Source: an uncultured virus (IMG/VR IMGVR_UViG_2061766007_000680) (Duplodnaviria > Heunggongvirae > Uroviricota > Caudoviricetes). Taken from it: 64,000 nucleotides of DNA. The notes under the pieces were generated by a model. That model saw only the letters and a program-made list of their open reading frames with translations. It searched no databases and was not told the DNA's origin. Location: the IMG/VR virus record IMGVR_UViG_2061766007_000680; one strand, given 5' to 3'. The position numbers and the translations under genes are program-made. This document shows positions 18,189 to 26,019 of this stretch, in pieces; position 1 is the first letter of the stretch, and each line of letters starts with the position of its first letter.

Positions 18189-18304
18189 AAAATCATGAGA
18201 TAGTGGTTCGAATCCACATCGCGCGGAAGCATATAGTCAGATTTCCAAGTGATAGTTGGCCTGAAATCGGTCTTAGAAGATAATTGGTTAAAATACATGA
18301 TTTT
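18189..18304 (+). ncRNA. permuted tRNA-like structured RNA
   Basis: Closing stem AAAATCATG/CATGATTTT; T arm GTGG-TTCGAAT-CCAC precedes a D-loop-like TAATTGGTTAA. Confidence 0.4.
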
Positions 18305-18915
18305 AAATAATACTGGCAGAAAACGCACTGAGCACTGCATTAGATTAAATTAAATTGCTCGTGTTGCGGAGGGAGAAAGCCTCATTTATAGTTGAAGGAA
18401 AACAACTTGCTATAGTGTATGGTTATTATCGAATGATATAATGCATGCCTCACAGCAGGAGGGCTGGTCAGAACAGCAGGCAAATAAACCATGGTTGAAG
18501 GAATAAACAGCCACGACAACGAAACCCGATAGATAGAGGGCTGATATAGCAAATCAGATGGCTTTGGAGAATGTCTAACCAAAGTGTAACACGGTAAAAC
18601 TCCGTATTCTTAGTTATCTAACAGGCATTTGTTTACTAAGGATTACCTCAGAAAGGTCGACCAGTAGTTGAAGAAAACAACTTTAAAAATAGGTTGCCAT
18701 GAACCATAGATTGGCCAGTAGACCATGCGGCATAAGTCTCAGATTTAAACTGTAGCCGTTGCTAACGGGTAAGCCGTTCGTTAGAAAACTCGCAAAGCAT
18801 TCTAATTCAGCATTCGATAGAATAGGCTTGAAGACTGTAAATGCTGATAACAGTCATCGCAGTTTACGGGTTCTGCAAATTAAGTTGAAGGAAACAACTT
18901 TAAAAACCAAAAAAT

Positions 18916-18988
18916 CTAGATATGGTGGAGTTGGTAACATTCTTGCATTGGAAGCAAGGGATCGGGAGTTCGAGTCTCTCTATCTAGA
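18916..18988 (+). tRNA. tRNA-Pro(UGG)
   Basis: CTAGATA/TATCTAG, CTTGC-AT-TGG-AA-GCAAG, T arm GGGAG-TTCGAGT-CTCTC. Confidence 0.88.
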
Positions 18989-18993
18989 CAAAA

Positions 18994-19068
18994 CGGGTAG
19001 TGGTCCAGTTGGTCTAAGATGCCTGATTTGGGTTCAGGAGGCCGTGAGTTCGAATCTCGCCTACCCGA
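18994..19068 (+). tRNA. tRNA-Pro(UGG)
   Basis: CGGGTAG/CTACCCG, CCTGA-TT-TGG-GT-TCAGG. Confidence 0.92.
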
Positions 19069-19101
19069 CTGATAATCAATTAGTTATAAAAAATGATTTA
19101 G

Positions 19102-19444
19102 GTAACAGTTTTCGATACAGCTGTATCGTGATGTGGTTTGAGTAGTAGCGCTAAAATACTCAAATTTATAATACCATTCAAGAATGGGCTAATCACGTAA
19201 GGTTTCGGTGATTTTATGGGGTGTCCCCATCGTGGTTCTCGCAAAACAATTCCGCAAGGAGCCGTAAGGAGCAACGCAACACAGTATGTATAAGGAAGAG
19301 TTCCATGCCAGACGGAAACAATCGTGTAAGGCGAAACATTAGATGGCTCAAGACCATTAGGACGCTCAACGGCGTGCTACCGAGAAGGCGTGTTCCGCTT
19401 CAATAAGCGCTTAACTGAGTCCGTAGTTCGTCTAAAACTGTTAC
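19102..19444 (+). ncRNA. large structured non-coding RNA candidate, about 340 nt
   Basis: Ends pair over 11 bp (GTAACAGTTTT/AAAACTGTTAC); GC-richer than the genes; multiple internal hairpins with GNRA-like loops; no credible ORF. Confidence 0.55.
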
Positions 19445-20863
19445 ATTTTATAGTTCGGTTCACCCTAGCAAGTTGCAAGGCAAGTGGGTATATGTAGGCT
19501 CCAAGTCGACCTCTGGACACTCTTAAGTGAGGAAATTGCTCCGAACTAAAACAATAAGAGATTGTGGCGCTTACATAGTCAATGAACACAACAGCGCGCA
19601 GCACCTCCCTTCAGTGGGTTTACACAGTGGTTTAAGTTTGTGCAGAAATTTGCTTAACGGAACGACAACCATATGGTGTGTGAGTGCCTTTCTCTTTTAA
19701 TTATTTATCCACTGCCCCCGTGATGGGATTAAAAGCCATTATTAATCGCGAGAAACCTCAGTAAAATATCACGCAATGACTGAGAGCGGATAAATTTTTA
19801 ATGCAACGTGGTGTATTATTTAAGCACACTAGATTTACTAGAGGGTCTGTGAGAAACAGCAATTGCATTTTAGATTTTATTTTTCCTCATAAGGAGGCCG
19901 AATAAATAGGAGATATAACAACTATGCTCCTATGAATGTAAGGTGTGTTGTCTAGCCTTACCGAACGGGGAAACGGTAGCCCTGTGTTTTTTGGTGGTTT
20001 CTGCCAGTCAGTTTTTGAATTATGGAAACTGCCATATTTTTAAAGAAGGTTACTTGTAAAAACCCATAAGGAAGGCAAACATTTTGTTTGAGTAAAGAGT
20101 TCCCAAGAGAGTGATAATGCTAGGCTCTATTTTTTTTATCTTAAAGTAATAAGAAGTATTTACCCGAGAGAGTATTGTAAAACTTTAGGTTGTGGAGATA
20201 ATAGAAATAGTAATTCACATAACTACTTTAAGATTTTATTACAAGAAGGAAAACTTAACAACCAAATTATTTAATCAAACTAATAGCGCACAGTCAGGAA
20301 ATTGCAAGCCTGTGACCGAGGTTACCTCCCATAAGGAAAATATGAGACCTATATGCATAAAGGGGTATTCAGTCTTGGGGATTCTTATAAGTTTAATGAA
20401 AGCGGCGCACGAGACAACATTAAATGAAATAGAATCTAAAACATCCTAGAAGATAAAGATGTAGAAGGTAGTGGACAGCGAACGTTTGGTTTTTATAAGA
20501 AGGAAAACTTATAAAACCCGTTGAAGATTGGGACGTTATAATTTTACAAAGTGGATAACGCAACCAGTCCACCAAGAGAGATGATTAGCTAGGCTCTCAA
20601 ACTTAAAGTTGAAGGAAAACAACTTATAAAAAACCTCTATGAAGAAGTACAATTCATGGGAAAGTATAGAAGGGGTTGAGGTGTCGCGCACTGTACTATA
20701 AAAAGATTTGCTGCGGGAAAATGCGTAGCCTCACTTATAGTTGAAGGAAAACAAACTATAAAAAACCTGGTCGGGGAGAACGTCTCGAAAAAGAACAACG
20801 ACCTAATGTAAACTCGTTGTCAATGTCCATATCTTTCCAATGGGGTTCTGTATGGACTAAAAT

Positions 20864-20950
20864 GGCGCTATCGACTAGTGGTTTATGTCGGCAGCCTTTC
20901 ACGCTGCTTGGAGAGTAATCTCCTCACGAGTTCGAATCTCGTTGGCGCTA
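20864..20950 (+). tRNA. tRNA-Glu(UUC) with long variable arm
   Basis: GGCGCTA/TGGCGCT, GCAGC-CT-TTC-AC-GCTGC, variable hairpin GGAGA-GTAA-TCTCC. Confidence 0.85.
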
Positions 20951-21035
20951 CTAAACACATCAGTTTATTTTCTATTTTTTTTAAAAAAAGTGTTCGTTTT
21001 TTGGTATTAAAATGTATTTATATATAGAAATATAA

Positions 21036-21938
21036 ATGAATATGGCACATAAAAACAATACAAAGTATGACTATTTATTCTCTGAAAAAGAGAAAGAAAA
21101 AATGCGAAAAGAGTACCTAGAAGGCTTATCGATACGAGAGATTGCGGATAAGTATAATATTAAAGCGAATCAATGGATTCGGTTAAAATTATTACATGGT
21201 ATAACTCGTAATTTTTCAGAGGCTAATAAGTTAGCACATAAAAAATATCCAGAAAGATTTAGGCTCTCCGAAGAGGCAAAATCAAAAGTTAGGGAGGCAC
21301 GTTTAAAATTTATGAAAGAACATCCAGAACAAACAGCGTGGAGATTATCAAAAAATAACACATCGTACCCAGAAAAATGTTTTATTAAATATCTAAAAGA
21401 TAGAGGTATTGATAAAAAATACGAAATAGAAAGAGAAAAATCTTTTTTTCCATATTATGCTGATTTTGCTTTTAATGAGATAAAATTAGTTGTAGAGATA
21501 GACGGTTCTCAACACGAATCAGACGAAGAGAGAGTTGAAAGGGACAGAAAGAAAGATGAACTAATTCAGAGTCTTGGATGGAAGGTTATTCGTTATACAG
21601 AGGATACTGTTAAGAATGATTGGAATTTAATAGACAATACTTTAAATTTAGATAATTTTAGAAAAATAGAAAGTGGTAAAAGATTTGGAATATTCAAGAA
21701 GCCGAAAGGTTATATTAAAAAAGAACGATTAGACAATGGAAGAACAAGCGCTCAGAATGAAGCGAGTTTAAAGCAGCGTAAAGTTGAACGACCAACAAAA
21801 GAAAAGTTATTAGAGTTGGTTAAAAAATATTCATTTAGGGCTTTAGGTAAAGAATTCGGTGTTTCTGAACGAACGATTAGTAAGTGGTGTAAATATTACG
21901 GTTTACCATATAAAAAGAAAGAGTTAAAATCAATTTAA
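21036..21938 (+). CDS. DUF559/Vsr-like PD-(D/E)xK homing endonuclease with HTH domains
   Basis: SYPEKCF, YYADFAF, VVEIDGSQH, RDRKKDELIQSLGWKVIRY; terminal HTHs. Confidence 0.8.
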   Translation: MNMAHKNNTKYDYLFSEKEKEKMRKEYLEGLSIREIADKYNIKANQWIRLKLLHGITRNFSEANKLAHKKYPERFRLSEEAKSKVREARLKFMKEHPEQTAWRLSKNNTSYPEKCFIKYLKDRGIDKKYEIEREKSFFPYYADFAFNEIKLVVEIDGSQHESDEERVERDRKKDELIQSLGWKVIRYTEDTVKNDWNLIDNTLNLDNFRKIESGKRFGIFKKPKGYIKKERLDNGRTSAQNEASLKQRKVERPTKEKLLELVKKYSFRALGKEFGVSERTISKWCKYYGLPYKKKELKSI

Positions 21939-21942
21939 TATT

Positions 21943-22512
21943 ATGAAAACAGAAGTAACATTTTTCAAACAAGACAATAAGTGGTATGCTGATATACCAA
22001 ATCATACATTAGAAGAAAATGAAATGGTTACGGGGGCTGATATTGCTTTGGAATATCTATCTGGAGGTTACAATAGCGTCGTTTTAAGTCTTACTGATGA
22101 ACAAACTAATGATTATCAGTTGGCATTCAAAATGAGCGTTCATGATGATGATGGTGCATACTATACGGTTAGTGGACCGTTATATAATATATACATAGAT
22201 GGTTTAATTTCAGAAAATGATGAGATATTAAATAGTATATGGATATGTAATGTAACACATGATGTATTTGGTGAACACCCAAACGAAATCTATGTAACAA
22301 ACATCTACCAAATCAATAGAATGTCAGAAGAGGAAATGGAAAAAGAAATTCATAAGGAATATGACAGAAAACAATGTGTTTACGGAGAAAATTCAAAAAT
22401 GCCGTGTTTTTTATGCTCTGCTACATGTAGAGAACGCTATGAAGACTTTACCAAAAAAGGTGTAAAAATTGTAACAACTCCTGTGGATGATAAAGATAAC
22501 GGTGATTCATGA
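21943..22512 (+). CDS. hypothetical protein (DUF6717-like)
   Basis: WYADIP...EMVTGAD...IWIC...VFGEHPNEIY pattern. Confidence 0.55.
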   Translation: MKTEVTFFKQDNKWYADIPNHTLEENEMVTGADIALEYLSGGYNSVVLSLTDEQTNDYQLAFKMSVHDDDGAYYTVSGPLYNIYIDGLISENDEILNSIWICNVTHDVFGEHPNEIYVTNIYQINRMSEEEMEKEIHKEYDRKQCVYGENSKMPCFLCSATCRERYEDFTKKGVKIVTTPVDDKDNGDS

Positions 22513-22718
22513 TAGCCATTAAGCACGTACACAAACAGGCTTCGACTTAGGACAGTTGATTATATATAGGTTTATTAACCCATTGTCGGAATGATTCATG
22601 ATAAGTTCCGAATCGTAACTTCCATTCCCACCCATTCGTGGGTGCAGTGAAATGCTGAATCGTATAATGTCAGGTGAGTTATTGAGTTCTCATGAGAATT
22701 GTAAAAACTCTTTTTTAC

Positions 22719-22797
22719 TGGGTAGTAACGCCCTTGTCTTATACACAAGCATTAACAGCGTAATTGGTGTATGTGGGTTCGAGTCCCACCTACCCTA
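22719..22797 (+). tRNA. non-canonical tRNA-Ile(UAU)-like RNA with displaced D loop
   Basis: GGGTAG/CTACCC, CTTGT-CT-TAT-AC-ACAAG, T arm GTGGG-TTCGAGT-CCCAC; TAATTGG lies 3' of the anticodon arm. Confidence 0.65.
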
Positions 22798-22896
22798 CAA
22801 GGATTTTTCAAAAAACGTGTTCGAACTGCATTTTTTTAAAAAAGATAGTTCGTTTTTTAAAAGTAAAAAGTATTTATTATTAAACAGATAATAAAT

Positions 22897-23553
22897 ATGG
22901 GAAAATACACAAAAGACGAATTAGAAAAGTTAATAATAGAGGAAAATAAAAGTTATAACTCTATTGGAAAAATGTTCGGAGTTACAGGAGCCGCAATTAA
23001 AAAGGCGGCTAAAAAATTTGGAATAACGACTACAAAACGACGTGAAATAAATCCAAAAGAGATATTTAGTCATCCAAGATTTTGTAAAAATTCATTGGTA
23101 AATCGAATTTCGGACAATGATTTTAAAGAAATAGTCATAGCGTCATATTCTTGGAAAGAAATAGGTGATAAACTTGGATATAAATCAAACTTGTCTATAA
23201 ACGTTAAAAATGCTATTAATAATAGATGTGAGACATTAGGAATATCACTTAATTTCTGTAAAAAAGAAGAGTTATTAAATAAAACAAAAGGTAGTTTATT
23301 TTCTGAACGAAAAAATTGGCAATCAGCAAGAACTGCAATAAGAAAAAATGCAACAGAAACATATTTTCGTAGCAACAAAGAACACAAATGCGCTATCTGT
23401 GGTTATAATAAACATATTGAAGTGGCACATATCAAAGCAGTATCAGATTTTAGTAATAATACAACAATAAGAGAAATAAATTCAATTACAAACTTAATAG
23501 GGTTATGCCCAAATCATCATTGGGAATATGATCATGGCTTGATAAGTTTATAA
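22897..23553 (+). CDS. HNH homing endonuclease
   Basis: CAICG...EVAHIK...NLIGLCPNHHWEYD; N-terminal HTH. Confidence 0.88.
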   Translation: MGKYTKDELEKLIIEENKSYNSIGKMFGVTGAAIKKAAKKFGITTTKRREINPKEIFSHPRFCKNSLVNRISDNDFKEIVIASYSWKEIGDKLGYKSNLSINVKNAINNRCETLGISLNFCKKEELLNKTKGSLFSERKNWQSARTAIRKNATETYFRSNKEHKCAICGYNKHIEVAHIKAVSDFSNNTTIREINSITNLIGLCPNHHWEYDHGLISL

Positions 23554-23559
23554 TTTCAC

Positions 23560-23640
23560 GGGCATATTGTCAAGTGGCCAAAGACAGCGGCCTGTTAAGC
23601 CGCCCCGAAAGGTTCATAGGTTCGAATCCTATTGTGCCCG
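23560..23640 (+). tRNA. tRNA-Asn(GUU) with extra variable hairpin
   Basis: GGGCATA/TGTGCCC, GCGGC-CT-GTT-AA-GCCGC, variable region CCCGAAAGGTTC. Confidence 0.88.
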
Positions 23641-24091
23641 CAACAAATCCCGACTACGATTTAACGTCGGTTGACTCTCCTTCAATAAGATGGACGCTAG
23701 TGGTGATTAGCGATACGATTCCCACCTGACTAAGCATTTCAAAATGAAATGTAGCAAGGTTTGTAGTTTTTACCGCATGGGTCTAATCAACCAAAAGATT
23801 ACACTCTACCACCCCATCATTTCCTTGATGGGAAAAGACACAAAACCGTAAAAGGTACTAAATTTGTGACTGCTGATTTATAAGGTTGCTATCAGCGTAG
23901 GACTATGATTTAGTTCGGTGAAATATACGTTCTAATTCGGTATGGTGTTGAGTCCTTCACGAGGCCGTGTTTTAGAGCCATATCTTTTTTTTTCAAAAAG
24001 GGAGTAAGTCCATGTTCACTGATAGCACGAGGCCCCTTTCTTAATTACCGATTTCGAATAGGTATTAAGTTTTACGAAGGCTATCAAAATT

Positions 24092-24163
24092 GCACCATTA
24101 GTATAATGGTTATTACTTTGGCTTTGTAACCCAAAAATCTTGGTTCGATTCCGAGATGGTGCT
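24092..24163 (+). tRNA. tRNA-Thr(UGU)
   Basis: GCACCAT/ATGGTGC, loop TT-TGT-AA, T arm CTTGG-TTCGATT-CCGAG. Confidence 0.88.
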
Positions 24164-24166
24164 CAA

Positions 24167-24306
24167 AATATTTACTAAAAAGAGGTGGTTCCTCTTATAT
24201 ACATACCTAACCAGTTTGTATATTGTGTCGTCTAAGGATAGGATAATGGCCCGCCTAAAGGCTGTAGATGTTGGGTTCGACTTCCCAACCGCTAAACGTA
24301 AATATT
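24167..24306 (+). ncRNA. tRNA-like RNA with remodelled acceptor region
   Basis: D-, anticodon- and T-like arms at about 24228-24289 enclosed by AATATTTAC/GTAAATATT with inserted hairpins. Confidence 0.4.
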
Positions 24307-24313
24307 AACTCAT

Positions 24314-24403
24314 AATTAGGCTAAGACTTCGAAGGGTGCTGCACGGTATGTTAGGATCTGGGTTGATCACTCAACGTAGGTTCGAGTCCTACTTAGTCTA
24401 ATT
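24314..24403 (+). ncRNA. tRNA-like RNA family X, copy 1
   Basis: Acceptor-like AATTAGGCTAA/TTAGTCTAATT, T arm GTAGG-TTCGAGT-CCTAC; homologous to 24790-24872. Confidence 0.65.
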
Positions 24404-24408
24404 CATCT

Positions 24409-24481
24409 TGCCCTGTCGTCCAATTGGTTAAGACATCAGATTTTGATTCTGGGAACCTGGGTTCGAGTCCTAGTGGGGCAA
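24409..24481 (+). tRNA. tRNA-Gln(UUG)
   Basis: TGCCCTG/TGGGGCA, TCAGA-TT-TTG-AT-TCTGG. Confidence 0.9.
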
Positions 24482-24548
24482 CAATTTGGTTAGATAACTT
24501 ATGCACGAACACTGTCAGTTGTTGTGTACCTTTTAGGTAAGATTATAT

Positions 24549-24625
24549 AGGCAAATATCTCCTCTCGCTGATACCGAGTAGAAAGAGTAGTTGGTTACAC
24601 GTAGGTTCGACTCCTATTTTGCCTA
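24549..24625 (+). tRNA. non-canonical tRNA-Ile(GAU)-like RNA with displaced D loop
   Basis: AGGCAAA/TTTGCCT, CTCG-CT-GAT-AC-CGAG, T arm GTAGG-TTCGACT-CCTAT; TAGTTGGTTA lies 3' of the anticodon arm. Confidence 0.65.
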
Positions 24626-24630
24626 CAAAT

Positions 24631-24702
24631 GCCGAGATAGTTCAGTGGCAGAACATTCGTCTCATACGCGAATAGTCGGTGGTTCAAATCCATCTCTCGG
24701 TA
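24631..24702 (+). tRNA. tRNA with CAU anticodon (Met or lysidine-Ile2)
   Basis: GCCGAGA/TCTCGGT, TTCGT-CT-CAT-AC-GCGAA. Confidence 0.88.
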
Positions 24703-24710
24703 CTAATAAT

Positions 24711-24785
24711 GGGTCAGTCGTCTAGTGGTTTAGGATATCTGCCTTACAAGCAGAAGATTCGATGGTTCAAATCCATCTTGGCCCA
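24711..24785 (+). tRNA. tRNA-Val(UAC)
   Basis: GGGTCAG/TTGGCCC, TCTGC-CT-TAC-AA-GCAGA. Confidence 0.9.
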
Positions 24786-24789
24786 CAAA

Positions 24790-24872
24790 GACTATCAGAC
24801 TTCGAGGATGCATGCAGGTATGTTAGGTTCGGGGCTGATCACCCCACGTAGGTTCGAGTCCTACTGATAGTC
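24790..24872 (+). ncRNA. tRNA-like RNA family X, copy 2
   Basis: Acceptor-like GACTATCA/TGATAGTC; same T arm and internal motifs as copy 1. Confidence 0.65.
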
Positions 24873-24877
24873 CAGGC

Positions 24878-24958
24878 GCCCCTGGTTGAAAGCACCGTGG
24901 AGGTTCGAGTCCTCTTCTAGGACATAGTTCTAGATGGCGAAATGGAAGACGCGGGGGT
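24878..24958 (+). ncRNA. circularly permuted tRNA mimic (YrlA-type Y RNA-like)
   Basis: Order: GCCCCT, variable arm, T arm GGAGG-TTCGAGT-CCTCT, loop-capped acceptor TCTAGGA-CATAG-TTCTAGA, D arm GCG-AAATGGAAGA-CGC, GGGGGT. Confidence 0.7.
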
Positions 24959-25006
24959 AAGAAAGTTGTTAGTTGTAGCAACTATAAATAACTACAACTA
25001 TAATTT

Positions 25007-25094
25007 GGTGGCGTAGTGTAATTGGCTAGCATGTCAGCCTGTCACGCTGAAGGGTGCCGAAAGGCCGTTGCGGGTTCAAGTCCCGTCGTCACCG
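25007..25094 (+). tRNA. tRNA-Asp(GUC) with long variable region
   Basis: GGTGGCG/CGTCACC, TCAGC-CT-GTC-AC-GCTGA, insert containing GCC-GAAA-GGC. Confidence 0.85.
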
Positions 25095-25316
25095 CTCTAA
25101 AACAACACGATATTACTAATTAAGCAGGTTGTTCCATGTTAAGTGAAAGTAGTGAGTGACTATCATGATGATAACTTAAAGAAGAGTTGAAGTGGTACAT
25201 AACGAATAGGTTAAAGAAATTAGTTGACGAGGAAAAATAGGAATTAGTCATTTCTATTCTTGAAAAGGTTAATTTTGGATGCTACAGTATAACCTTAAAT
25301 TCAAAACATCCACCAT

Positions 25317-25392
25317 GGGGGTGTAGCAAAATTGGTAACCGCACCGCCCTTGCACGGCGGGTTTTTTGAGGGTTCGAGTCCCTTCGCTTCCA
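25317..25392 (+). tRNA. tRNA-Ala(UGC)
   Basis: GGGGGTG/CGCTTCC with G3-U70, CCGCC-CT-TGC-AC-GGCGG. Confidence 0.9.
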
Positions 25393-25394
25393 CA

Positions 25395-25569
25395 AGGCTG
25401 TGTAGGAAGGATATTATATACGCCAAATATAATAACACCCCGACATTGGATAAGAATGAACACTTATGATGATTGGCACCATCTGGAACAGGTGGAAAAC
25501 GGCTGCATCACCTTTGGCGAGGTAAAGTAAGTTAGTAAAGAATACAGGTTCAAGTCCTGTCACAGTCTC
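25395..25569 (+). ncRNA. tRNA-ended RNA with large insert (tmRNA-like architecture)
   Basis: AGGCTGTG/CACAGTCT, T arm ACAGG-TTCAAGT-CCTGT, internal CGCCAAA/TTTGGCG helix. Confidence 0.5.
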
Positions 25570-25945
25570 TAAAGTTAGAGGAAGAAGTCTATTATTCTTG
25601 CCTGTATAGGGAGGCATTCTTTGCAGGTTACTAATTCGGGATTGTAAAAAACTGCCTAAAAGGACAATCTCATATCTAATAAGAGGAGTGACAAACGAAT
25701 TAGTTGTAACGGAATATTCTTATCTTAGTCCGTAAAGAGGTGTTGCGAATAATAGAGCGCATCACGAATCTAACTTAACCCATAATGATAGGTCGCGGGT
25801 ATGCTTTCACGATGGCAAGAACCTGGAACTAGCTCTAAGTCAGCAACCGACATAATTTTATATTATGAACATAATAGTGTATAATGAAACCTATCATTTT
25901 TTACTATACACCTGGAGATTACGTATCAGAAAGTGGTGTTTTTAT

Positions 25946-26019
25946 ACCTCCTTAACCCAATTGGAAGAGGTAATAGACTAAGAATCTATGTAGTGCAGGT
26001 TCGAATCCAACAGGAGGTA
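25946..26019 (+). tRNA. tRNA with AAG anticodon on an Arg-like short-arm body (possibly degenerate)
   Basis: ACCTCCT/AGGAGGT, ATAGA-CT-AAG-AA-TCTAT; two T-stem mismatches. Confidence 0.6.

Noticed and set aside
18312..20008. Long-range 11-bp complement ACTGGCAGAAA / TTTCTGCCAGT
   Set aside because: The distal site has a competing local hairpin partner, and one such match over 1.7 kb may be chance
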